34,183 bases of DNA from Octopus bimaculoides. Its lineage: Eukaryota. Location: assembly GCF_001194135.2 (NCBI RefSeq), contig NC_068994.1, positions 13,945,719 to 13,979,901 of the forward strand. Reading direction: 5' to 3'. Position numbers and translations under genes: made by a program. The notes below the pieces were generated by a model that saw only the letters and a program-made list of their open reading frames with translations, was not told where the DNA came from and ran no database searches. Positions 1 to 10,633 of this stretch are shown piece by piece. Within the stretch, counting starts at the first letter, position 1; each line of letters begins with the position of its first letter.

Positions 1-627
1 GAGGGGGCGGGCTCTGTTTTCACCAACCAAATTCATTGACGAAGCTTTGGTCGACACGGGACTACAGAAGACAAGGTGGAATTCTGGCTTAAGCATCCTA
101 ACTGCTTTTTATTTTTGAGAATTTTCTGAAATTTTTTATGAATTTGTGTTCAACACACGAGAATCCAGACAATTATACAAAAAAAAAAAAAATTGTGTAT
201 GTGTGATTTAAGAGCGACTTAGCTGTTATTTTTAGCACATCCCTGGACTAGCTACCTTCCTCGTTTCTTTGACATGCATTGATGTTTTTCAATATTTTTC
301 TCTCCCAAAAAAGTTGAAGGGTTATACGAGGTGCTTAACCCAGAATTTCCGCCGAAGACACTTGTGTGGAGCAGTGGGACTGAATCCAAAACCACGAAGT
401 TGCAAAGCAAACTAGTTAACCACATTGCCAGAAAGAAAGAAATAATGAATTTAAAAATAAAGAGAAAGTGCGAGAAGTCAAACTACCAGTGCAGTTGTGT
501 AACAAAGATTCGGACCTCAAATTCAAAGGCCGAAGAAACGAGCTTTTTCTCCAGACGTGGTTGCCCTCCTTGTGTTTGCTGAGTCCCGGTTTTCTCAATA
601 CTCCTGCAACCACAAACGTTCACTTAC

Positions 628-850
628 AGATCAAAATTCCCACCATTACTTTCTAGGTGGCAGGACCGTCTTCAACTACAACAATTTCTGCTAGCTACTC
701 TTAAGACCTTGTCCCTAACCAGAACGAACCTGGGATCTTTAAATACTTCTGCCTCAGATGTCATACGTGTCCCTTTAAAACGCCACTGATCTGAAATATC
801 CCAGTTCGACTCCATCGATGTTCCAACTACACCTTTATAGCTGCGTCCCT
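628..850 (-). other. Candidate exon of an unidentified - strand gene
   Basis: Pyrimidine-tract acceptor tctctctctcacttAG at 852-851, consensus donor GTAAGT at 627-622, and CpG-retaining unique sequence between them. No recognisable protein homology. Confidence 0.3.
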
Positions 851-914
851 CTAAGTGAGAGAGAGAGGTGGGTAGCCCCATTCAATAAAAAAAAAATAGC
901 ATCAAAATAAATAA

Positions 915-1062
915 TAGTAGCATAGAGGCGAGGAGGGTGTCCATCCCGGGCGACTCTTGTACGGGGTGGCACTTTGGGGTCTGCCGCATAAGCCTAAATA
1001 AGGGGCTGGTCAGCAAATTCAAAAATTATCCCGGATGGCACACACTCTAGCTACAGGGTTGG
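915..1062. mobile_element. Possible short non-autonomous DNA transposon remnant
   Basis: GC-rich island with CCCGGGCG/CCCGGATGGC motifs ending in CACACTCTAGCTAC, a pattern typical of small hAT-like MITEs. TIR and TSD not resolved. Confidence 0.3.
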
Positions 1063-2151
1063 ACTAAAAGAAGAACTCAGGCTGATATGATCTACTAAAT
1101 CTCTTCAAATGCGATGTCACAGGTTAACAGCAGTCTTATGACTTGGAAGAGTAAAAGAATATTTCTAATGAGCTTATTGTATCCAGTGCTCAGGTGCACT
1201 ACAACTCGTGGGAAAACGGTAAAAGAGGGACACAAAAGACAGGGAAGTGACTAGTAAAAGAGCCACAACTCAGAAAGGATGCCCGGAGCATACAAACAGC
1301 GCTGATGTATTTTGGGAGGTATGGAATTTTTGAAGGATATTGTGTTCTGTCAGCTAAGAACCAACGTAGGTAGTTTATTTATTCCAAGCTTCGAACAATT
1401 CTGTGCGTGAGAAAACAAAATATGTCTCATGAAGGAAAGCTAGTTTAGCTATCAGAGCAACCAGAGTGACTAAAGTAACGGAGGCTGTATTTGGTATATT
1501 CATCGCATCTGTTGTTTAGCCCAATGACAACAATGATGTGACAGACCATAATCAAAGACGTTTGTTCCCGTCGCAATCCGTCTTTTTGTGTAAATCTATG
1601 ACTACATTGTGCAATCAAGTACTGGAATCGAATTATAATTTTATAAGGCATCCTCGATGTTAATGGAATTATAAATGATGAGATTTAAAAAAAAATTACT
1701 ATAAGCAACAGTAAGGTTTGATTTGAACGAATTAAGCTGTTATTTCTTGCATGTCGAACGACCGTGCATAGCTTCAGCATTAACCTGAGCAGACGGACGA
1801 TCAAAAGCAAACCAAACACAATTATCTAGTCTTTTTGCATATGTAAGACATATATCCTTAAAAAATACGGTATTGCTTCAATGTTGTACAGAAGCTGTTT
1901 ATATATGTTACAAGTATCAAAATTTACAACCTTTTCTCTCTCCTTCTCAAAGGGTTCTTTGTTTCCTTTCAAATATAACCATATCAGTTCAGTAGCATAT
2001 GACGGCTGTTATCATTCAAGCATGTCATTCAGACGACATTCCTTGTCTCACTGACTTGTAAATGTCAATAAACAAGACAAAAGCACATTAAGCTGCTCTC
2101 CACGTGTCATGGCTGACCGACGTATCAGGAGTGACTAACCGATACTATTTA

Positions 2152-2296
2152 TCATTTAAAATACAGAGATGCCTATAATAGGACATCTAACCTGCTAGAA
2201 AGAGCAGCAAAAAACTCCCTAATTTGTATAGAGTTTTTTGCTGCTCTTTCTAGCGGGTTAGATGTCCTGTTATAGGCATCTCTGTATTTTAAATGA
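2152..2296. repeat. Fold-back element: 66-bp inverted arms with a 13-nt loop
   Basis: 2152-2217 is the reverse complement of 2231-2296 with only two mismatches, both T:G. Confidence 0.9.
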
Positions 2297-2995
2297 ACAA
2301 TATATAGTCTATTGACTANNNNNNNNNNNNNNNNNNNNNNNNNNNNNNNNNNNNNNNNNNNNNNNNNNNNNNNNNNNNNNNNNNNNNNNNNNNNNNNNNN
2401 NNNNNNNNNNNNNNNNNNNNNNNNNNNNNNNNNNNNNNNNNNNNNNNNNNNNNNNNNNNNNNNNNNNNNNNNNNNNNNNNNNNNNNNNNNNNNNNNNNNN
2501 NNNNNNNNNNNNNNNNNNNNNNNNNNNNNNNNNNNNNNNNNNNNNNNNNNNNNNNNNNNNNNNNNNNNNNNNNNNNNNNNNNNNNNNNNNNNNNNNNNNN
2601 NNNNNNNNNNNNNNNNNNNNNNNNNNNNNNNNNNNNNNNNNNNNNNNNNNNNNNNNNNNNNNNNNNNNNNNNNNNNNNNNNNNNNNNNNNNNNNNNNNNN
2701 NNNNNNNNNNNNNNNNNNNNNNNNNNNNNNNNNNNNNNNNNNNNNNNNNNNNNNNNNNNNNNNNNNNNNNNNNNNNNNNNNNNNNNNNNNNNNNNNNNNN
2801 NNNNNNNNNNNNNNNNNNNNNNNNNNNNNNNNNNNNNNNNNNNNNNNNNNNNNNNNNNNNNNNNNNNNNNNNNNNNNNNNNNNNNNNNNNNNNNNNNNNN
2901 NNNNNNNNNNNNNNNNNNNNNNNNNNNNNNNNNNNNNNNNNNNNNNNNNNNNNNNNNNNNNNNNNNNNNNNNNNNNNNNNNNNNNNNNNNNNNNN

Positions 2996-3505
2996 GGACA
3001 AAATAATGGAAACACCTTAAAATTTCAAACAAATTTATTTTAATACGGGGTAGGACAGCCTTTGACAGTAATTACACTTGAATTCGATGAGGTATGGACT
3101 CATACAAAGTTTGAATTGTTTTCAAAGGAATTTTTGTCCATTCTTCTGCTGAAACAGTCTTCAGTTCTTGTAGTGATGATGGTGGAGGATATCGACTCCT
3201 TACTTGTTTTTCTAAAATGCACCATAAATGTTCAATAATATTGAGATCTGGGGACTGTGGTAACCACATAAGATGTTCAACTTCACTAGATGTTCCTCGT
3301 GCCAATTCAGTAACAACTATAGCTGTGTGAATCGGTGCATTATCATCTTGAAAGATTGCGTTTCCCTCCCGGAAAGAGTTCCGCAACCATAGGTTGAATT
3401 TGATGAAATAAAATGCTTAAATAGTCTTGACTATTAATTCTGCCATGAAGGGAAACCATTGGGCCGGCGGATTTCCAAGATATAGACCCCACCTCCTAGA
3501 TCCTC
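2996..3505 (-). mobile_element. Tc1-like DNA transposon, 3' part of transposase plus the start of the right TIR
   Basis: Translates to WGSISWKSAGPMVSLHGRINSQDY... then, after a frameshift, FQDDNAPIHT...WLPQSPDLNIIEHLW...EEWTKIP. This is followed by a Tc1-type GTGTTTCCATTATTTTGTCC terminal sequence that runs into the N gap. Confidence 0.9.
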
Positions 3506-4029
3506 TTCTTCTCCCGTACCAAGAATTCACAACGACCTCGAACCCACAAGAGAGACAGAAACGAGCAGAAACAAGGAAAATGTCCCTTGTATTTGAACAC
3601 TATGCAAATATTCTTTTAAAAAACTTTTTTAATTTTTCCAAAATTTAATTGTTTTCCATACTTACAGTTGAAAAAGTCTCAATGACTGAAACCGGTATTG
3701 AAATGTTTTTTATAAAATTATTTTAGCATTTTCTACCTTGNNNNNNNNNNNNNNNNNNNNNNNNNNNNNNNNNNNNNNNNNNNNNNNNNNNNNNNNNNNN
3801 NNNNNNNNNNNNNNNNNNNNNNNNNNNNNNNNNNNNNNNNNNNNNNNNNNNNNNNNNNNNNNNNNNNNNNNNNNNNNNNNNNNNNNNNNNNNNNNNNNNN
3901 NNNNNNNNNNNNNNNNNNNNNNNNNNNNNNNNNNNNNNNNNNNNNNNNNNNNNNNNNNNNNNNNNNNNNNNNNNNNNNNNNNNNNNNNNNNNNNNNNNNN
4001 NATATATATATATATACACACACACACAT

Positions 4030-4340
4030 TTGTTGAGTCTGGAAGAAGGGACATTGCCTATGAGCTTTGCAAGCTCTGTGATGTCGTTAAACTGTTACAT
4101 ATCAAGACCCATAGGAAAGACACAAGCAGAGAGGAGATTCCAGAAGGATGTTGTTCTGAGAAGGTAAGACTAGACATAGTAGTTAGTGCCGGGTGGCAGA
4201 GTGATGATGGACGAAATAAGGATGGCCAGAGGGGTGGAGAGGCGAGTGGGTCGAGTGCCTGAGTTGAAGAGTTACGAGACCAGTAAACACCGGGGGTCAG
4301 AAGCCCTTATAACAGCGATTGCAAACAAAGTGTGATGGTT
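4030..4340 (-). mobile_element. CR1-type LINE 3' fragment
   Basis: Decayed translation ...GTNYYV*SYLLRTTSFWNLLSACVFP...F resembles the C-terminal SFFxRTxxLWNxLPxxVFP motif of CR1-clade RTs. Confidence 0.5.
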
Positions 4341-4899
4341 CGGATCATACATTTATTTGATCAACGTTGACTGGAATTTAACACCAACAAGCTTGAACCA
4401 CTTGACAACAATAGCTAATCGATGCAGCTATTTTGTTTTCAGTGCTCAATCATAACTACACCAATTTCATCTCATCCAGTGTTGTTGCTATGCAGCATGA
4501 AACAAAACACATGCGGTGGTTTGGTAAAAGAATCAATATATGGAACACATTTAGTTATGTCCCTTTATGTTTTGAGTTCAAATCCCGCTGAGATTGACAT
4601 TGTTTTTGCTCATTCTGAGGTCGATAAAATAGTGAAGTACTAAGGGTCTCTTAATATTCTCATATGGAATTATAACAGAATACTAAGACAAACACAAAAA
4701 GTAATTTTATGATTTACGAAACTACAGTTAGTTACCCCAGCCCCTAATTATTTGAATGGTTTAAAATAGACATAATTTTCCTCTCTGGTCAGTATCTGTT
4801 CCTCAAAATTACTAAATTCAATTATAATATATTTTTAGAACTAATTAGTAGTTTTTCTTCTTATTGCTGACAAGACTTATTAGCTTTCTGGTAGTTTCG

Positions 4900-5540
4900 T
4901 ATCGTCATTCTGCAACAACTGAAATTTTCATCTTCTGATCTTTCTCAGCGTCAACAGATTAACAAAACAGGTTCTTGTCGGTTAGTTAACATCTCTTTAC
5001 CTGTGTTTTTCTTTATTGAATGCACGAATTTTCCTCGAAGACTTTTTATTTTTAAAAAACCGAATCCCATCACTACTTGTAAATTCTATATATTTTCTCT
5101 CCTTCATCTAGTATTGCTGCGATGTTGCGTATGCTTTGTTTACATATAATTAAAATATATATTTATATAATAATAATAATATTCGTTATATGCGTAATTA
5201 GATATTTGATGGGTGTAACGTTGAGAGGCTTATAGTACTGTACTTGATGTGTTACATCTGTGTCGATGTTTCGTTGTTTTTAATTCGGTCCAACTGGTGG
5301 GTGGGGATCGACTGCTTTTTTTGTTTGTTTTTATATATAACTTAGGTAGGCAGGATGATTAAAACCAGTACCAGCAACATAGCGTATAGTTTCTTCCGCT
5401 TTCTTAATCCTATAAATTTAGCTTCGTATCACAATAAAAATAAATAATAATTAAAAAGAGCGCTAACTTTTTTTTAAACTAGTCGTCAGATAAAACTCGT
5501 TTTCTTTTTGCTTGTCGCACGCGCATGTGTGTGTGTGTGT
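4900..5540. promoter_or_regulatory. CpG-retaining region, probable 5' end/promoter of the zinc-finger gene (possibly bidirectional)
   Basis: CpG dinucleotides are visibly more frequent than in 7000-9000. It lies upstream of the 6811 exon and holds candidate first-exon donors on both strands (CAG|GTAAAG on - at 5000; TAG|GTAGGC on + at 5346). Confidence 0.35.
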
Positions 5541-5944
5541 GTGTGTCAATTTTTTATTTTTTATTTTTCTAATGGTAATAGCTTGCTTAAAATGATTTGT
5601 TGAATTGTAAGAATAACAACAGAACATTTGATGTGGAGGGAAGAATTTAATGCTAAAAATTAGAACAAAATCTATTTTGATTGGGACTTAAAGTTTCACC
5701 AAACAAGCTGTTTAAGCGAAACTGAAATCCCAATGCACGCGCGCGTGTATTAGGATTTATAACGGTGCTCTGTATGTATGCATTTGTTGTTAGGCTAAGA
5801 TTGGATGTACCTTCGTTTTAGGTATGTAAACTAAATGTATACAGTCATAACGTATCAGTGACTGTTATTGACGATACAGTTGAAACGTTGGTTACACAAT
5901 TTTTTGATTGAATGAATTAGATTTGCTTCATTTTGTTTTGTTTT

Positions 5945-6695
5945 CTGATCGAGCAGACTGATCGCATTCCTGCCATGCCTATACCATCCCATCTTTTCTT
6001 CTGGCATAGTATCTAGAATACATTATCGTACGCATCCTTCGGTGTTGTTTTGTTGTTGATTTTTAAAGGTAAGGTGTGGTTTGAGAGAGAGGATCGGTTG
6101 CTATCTCTTGCAGGTCAAGCGACCACTTAGAGGGCATCTCGCGACTTTGATTCGTATTTTTCAAAGACTTTATAGTTGTGACCATCACGTCTTTTATTTC
6201 GTACAGTGTATTTAGGAGTATCCTCCCTTGTCATATTACTTTATTGAAGTAAGACCTGATTGAAGAGAGATTTTACTGTTACTTGTAACACATCAAGCAG
6301 GTGTATAGGAACTCCCTTGTTGGCTCAGCGTTGTTTAGCCCCATAATGAAAGCTATTCTAACTGTGACCATCCCTCTTTTCAGATATAGTGTGTCAGAAG
6401 CCACTTTATTCAGCATGTCCATTATTTTGTTTTAAATTGTAGCGTGCGATTTTAGAGAGATTTGGCTGCTACTTTTAGCAGGGTAAGTAAGCGACAACGT
6501 AGATACTTGTGTAATGTGGTGATCGTAGTAGATTATGAAGGAACCCAGTTTAATTTACTTTCTGGTTTTACATAATGAATCTTGGACTGCATCATTCAGT
6601 GTGTCCTTCCTTTTTTCAAAATAGTAAAGTGCGGTTTGAGGAAGGTGTGGCTGCTGTTTCTAACATGCTGAGTGACTACACAAAGGTTCTTTCTC
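5945..6695 (+). repeat. Cluster of about four degenerate copies of a dispersed repeat (core GTGTGATTTGAGGGAGATTTGGCTGCTATTTCTAGCAGG)
   Basis: Core motif recurs near 6070-6130, 6250-6300, 6440-6500 and 6625-6685. Other copies lie near 195-245, 1510-1775, 18985-19160 and (inverted) 32411-32530. Confidence 0.7.
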
Positions 6696-6912
6696 TCTTT
6701 CACACACAGACTATTATAGTGTAATCATAACATTGTCGGTGGTGGTGTTGTTTGATTAGAAATGAAGCCATTTATATTATATGTTAATTTTTTGTTTAAT
6801 TTACTTTCAGGTTTAACATGTCTGGTCTTACTTTAAGAAGTGTTCACCTATCTCAGTAATCTACATATTAACGTCAAAATGTCTACTGAAATTTTGACGA
6901 TCCCTTGAAGAT

Positions 6913-6922
6913 ATGATGGAGC
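6913..6922 (+). CDS. C2H2 zinc-finger gene, first coding segment (ATG ATG GAG C) at the end of a mostly non-coding exon, approx. 6811-6922
   Basis: Acceptor ttaatttactttcAG at 6809-6810 and donor GTAAGT at 6923. ATG at 6913 is preceded by an in-frame TGA at 6895. The terminal C joins CT at 7073 to give MMEPKPGMDSSK in frame with the zinc-finger ORF. Confidence 0.6.
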
Positions 6923-7072
6923 GTAAGTCAAACAAAAACCCCACTGAAGGAAAGACTAATTAAAAACTATTTGAATTTGTTTAGTTGTGTATCTTGCTGT
7001 TATCTCCAGTAACCAATCCAGCACATCTAATCTTACTTTAAGATTTAAAATTGTGAAATTTTGAAACTTCAG

Positions 7073-7635
7073 CTAAGCCTGGAATGGATTCTTCAAAGGA
7101 AATTAAAAACTTCTGTGAAGTTTGTGGACTGAACTTGAGTGAAGCAAGTAGCCTTAAAAGACACATAAGAACACACACAGGAGAGACTCCATACCATTGT
7201 TCAACATGTGGGAAGAGCTTTTCACAGAACTACAGCCTTAAAATACACATGCGAACTCACACTGGTGAGAGACCATTCCAGTGTGATATATGTAAGAAAT
7301 CTTTCTCACAGAATTACAGTTGCAAAATTCACAAACGAATACATACAGGAGAGAGACCTTACCAGTGTCACTTTTGTGAAAAGAAATTTTCTAAAAAATC
7401 ACAGTTAGACTCACATATTTTCATGCACATGAAAAAAGCTGTATCTGAGTGTGATTTGCCAGAAAGTCCAAAGACAGACACATCAACAAAGCTGTCCAGC
7501 AAGACAAGTTCAAAAGACGAACAGTACTACTGCTTGATATGTGGGAGCGAGTTCTCAGAGAACAAATCTTTACAAATCCACATGAATTCTCATGCAAATA
7601 AAACAAATTTAGAAGTATGGGAAGAAATTTTCTAG
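7073..7635 (+). CDS. C2H2 zinc-finger protein, main coding exon: four tandem fingers plus one isolated C-terminal finger
   Basis: ORF 7084-7635 has CxxC-x12-HxxxH repeats with canonical TGETPY/TGERPF/TGERPY linkers, a ~34 aa Ser/Lys/Thr-rich spacer, then a fifth finger CLICGSEFSENKSLQIHMNSH. No stops or frameshifts. Acceptor aaacttcAG at 7071-7072. Confidence 0.92.
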
Positions 7636-8892
7636 TAGATCAAAAAAAGAATTTGAGAAGTTCATGGTGTCTGTGGAAAGTTAAAAATATATTGATGAGC
7701 ATACTAGGAATTGGTCTAACACCAGTTAACAGAAAAATATTTAAGTATGTCTATGTCTTTTTTCAGAAAAGATTAACCTGAGATTATGTTATGAGAAGAT
7801 AATATATGTGAATTATATTATGAGCACATATTAAGACGAGGTTATGAAGAAATCACTCCAACTTACTATGTAGTTGTTCTAAGATGAGATATCAGCCAAA
7901 GAGCATCAACAGAGTTTCAGGAAATGAACTACACAAGAGTCATGTCCATCTTTGAATAAGGTGTCTTCTAGATAACATGTGACTTTTTAATGTTATTTTT
8001 TACTTTTGAAAATAACAAATAGAACTTTAAAAAGAAAGCAAACATTTTTTTTTAAAAAAACCTGTCAATGACTGAAAAATTTTTAATATTCATTAATTTG
8101 AAACAGAAATACATATCACATGAATATTGAATATTGTTGAGAAATATATAAATTTTATGAGATTTGAAACTATAAATGAAGCCATCACCTTTTAGGAGTC
8201 ATAGAGAATTTTGATGGTGACTATTTTATTGATGAGGTTTGGTGGTTGTATATTTTGTAGCAGTGCACCACAAGAAGGAAAATAAATATATTCTGTATAT
8301 CTGTGGTGGAGTGAAGATTTCTGTGAAACAATTGTTTTTAAATTCATAGGAAATCTAGTAGATTTGATGACCTAAATATTTTATCAGTGTGGCTGGTTCT
8401 TATATTTGCTTCTGGTAGCATTTCTTAGAATTCATGACTCTGGTGCTTTAATTATGTTATTTCTTGAGAATCATGGAAATGGATGGGACTGGAAAATTTC
8501 AGATTGAAAGCTTTAATGTTGCTGGTTTAATACCTCACTGTTCACTGTTGAATTCCTACTCAGGTTGTTAAAATAAGTGCCAGTAATATATTGCAATCAA
8601 TTTAATTGACTAACCACAAATGAAACATTCGGCCTTGTGCCTTGTCGAAAGCAATCAATATTATTGTGTCCTAGCCATGCTTGTATGCAACAATGTCAAA
8701 AGAGTATGTACGCACTTCTGTGTATGTACCTTTTTTCTGATTTCAGTAAATATACTCCAAACTGATATCATAGTAAAAAGTTATATTATTTTGTGTAACT
8801 GTTTTTAAAATCATGTATGTGTATGTCAATATATGATTGTGTCTGGATACAGATGGACAGATGGTCTTCGGATTGACCCTTGATTATTTCAG

Positions 8893-9020
8893 TGCATGGT
8901 TAAGAAGTTTGCTTCCCAAACTTCATGGTAGCTTGGGGGCAAGTGTTTTCTACTACAGCTTCAGGCCAACCAGAACTTTATGAATAGATTTGGTAGATGG
9001 AAACTGAAAGAAGCCTATTG
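8893..9020 (+). mobile_element. SINE family 1 (head GTGGTTAAGAAGTTTGCTTCC), partial
   Basis: Shares GGCAAGTGTCTTCTACTATAGCC...GGATTTGGTAGATGGAAACTGAAAGAAGCC with many other copies in the window. Confidence 0.75.
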
Positions 9021-9044
9021 GTTACATACATGCATGCATGAATG

Positions 9045-9290
9045 AACTGTGGGGAAAGTTCCCCTCTGAGGGGTAATTCATCACAGAGTAAACCAGTGAG
9101 AGGACATTCCAGTGTGATCATCATAGTTTAAATATCTTCTTTTCTATGCTTGCATGAGTAAGGTAGAATTTGTTGAAGCACATTTTCTACAACTGGATGT
9201 CTTTTCTGTTGTCACCCTTGTTTCTAAGCAAGGTAAAATTTCATTGTAGCTTGATATATTTTCACAGAAAACTAGAAATGAATGACACTG
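9045..9290 (+). pseudogene. Possible degenerate C2H2 zinc-finger relic
   Basis: 9092-9118 matches the linker-finger sequence 7261-7287 at 23/27 nt. Neighbouring fragments read CGES, FHCS and FSQK across stops and frameshifts. Confidence 0.35.
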
Positions 9291-9384
9291 CTTATATGAT
9301 GGTGACACCCATTTACAACCATTATGTAAGCACACATGCACATATACATTGTTTTATATGTATGCGTGTGCGTTTGTGCCAGTG

Positions 9385-9541
9385 ACTTGTAAAATATACC
9401 CAGTACACTCTGTAAAGTGGTTGGCATTAGGAAGAATGTCCAGCAGACAACTGGAGTCTGTGCAGTTCTCTGGCTTACTAGTATCAGGCAAACCATCTAA
9501 CCCATGCCAGCATGGAAAACATGTTAAATGATGATGATGAT
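9385..9541 (+). mobile_element. SINE/LINE-tail family 4 (ends ACCCATGCTAGCATGGAAA...GTTAAATGATGATGA)
   Basis: Similar to the copies at 9754-10078, 18410-18700, 28587-28785 (all -) and at 31515-31563, 33163-33262 (+). Has a (TGA)n tail. Confidence 0.7.
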
Positions 9542-9753
9542 GTGTCTGTGTATAGCAAATAAAAGGGATGAAAAGTCAAGCTGTATTTTCAGGAAGCATT
9601 TCTGTAATACTGGCAATCAATTGCATACCTGTAAATGCTTTATCTTTAAGAATAAAACTATCCATGCAAGCTGAAATTCCAGGCCAAGTACGTGGCTGCT
9701 GAGTAAGAATACATTAAATCAAAGACTGGAGTTTAAGGTATTATTTTTAAAAA

Positions 9754-10078
9754 TCATCATCATCATCATCGTTTAACATCTGATTTCCATGCTAGCATGG
9801 GTTTGACGGTTCTAGCAGGGTCTGGGAAACCAGGAGGCTGCACCAAGCTCCAGTTTGATCTGGCAGTGTTTCTACAGCTGGATGCCCTTCCTAATGCCAA
9901 CCACTCTGTGAGTATAGTGGGTGCTTTTTACGTGCCACCAACAAAGGGGCCAGAGGAGGCTGGCGATGGCCATGATTGGCTGGTGCTTTTTACATGCCAC
10001 CGGCATGGAAGCCAGTCAAGGCGACCCTGGCATCAGCCACGTTCAGATGGTGCTTTTTACGTGCCACTGGCATGGGTA
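9754..10078 (-). mobile_element. SINE/LINE-tail family 4 copy
   Basis: (CAT)n tail followed by GTTTAACATCTGATTTCCATGCTAGCATGGG...CAGCTGGATGCCCTTCCTAATGCCAACC. Internal GTGCTTTTTACGTGCCAC occurs three times. Confidence 0.8.
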
Positions 10079-10448
10079 TTACAACTACAATTTCCAATTC
10101 CAGTCTTTGATTTTATATATATATATATATATATATANNNNNNNNNNNNNNNNNNNNNNNNNNNNNNNNNNNNNNNNNNNNNNNNNNNNNNNNNNNNNNN
10201 NNNNNNNNNNNNNNNNNNNNNNNNNNNNNNNNNNNNNNNNNNNNNNNNNNNNNNNNNNNNNNNNNNNNNNNNNNNNNNNNNNNNNNNNNNNNNNNNNNNN
10301 NNNNNNNNNNNNNNNNNNNNNNNNNNNNNNNNNNNNNNNNNNNNNNNNNNNNNNNNNNNNNNNNNNNNNNNNNNNNNNNNNNNNNNNNNNNNNNNNNNNN
10401 NNNNNNNNNNNNNNNNNNNNNNNNNNNNNNNNNNNNNNNNNNNNNNNN

Positions 10449-10633
10449 ACATAAATATTTGCTTAAAATAACATATTTTTACATTTATTTATTTAATAGT
10501 ATTTAACAAATAGGTTTATTGTCAATTAAAAGATTTCGATTAAAAAACATATATAAAATCAGATTGCCCATAGAAAGTATTTGATGTCCATGGACCCCCT
10601 GTAGTCCGCGGACCACAGTTTGAAAACCCCTGT
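10449..10633. mobile_element. End of a hAT-like MITE
   Basis: Ends in GGACCCCCTG...GGACCACAGTTTGAAAACCCCTG. A matching type of terminus (CAGGGGTTCTCAACC...GGACCCC) occurs at approx. 19780-19940. Confidence 0.5.

Noticed and set aside
2173-3043. Long ORFs full of X in the track (also near 3710-4262, 9797-10471, 14308-15471, 22094-23503)
   Set aside because: Artifacts of translating through N gaps (2319-2995, 3741-4000, 10138-10448, 11018-11027, 14392-15304, 15834-16005, 22499-23186).
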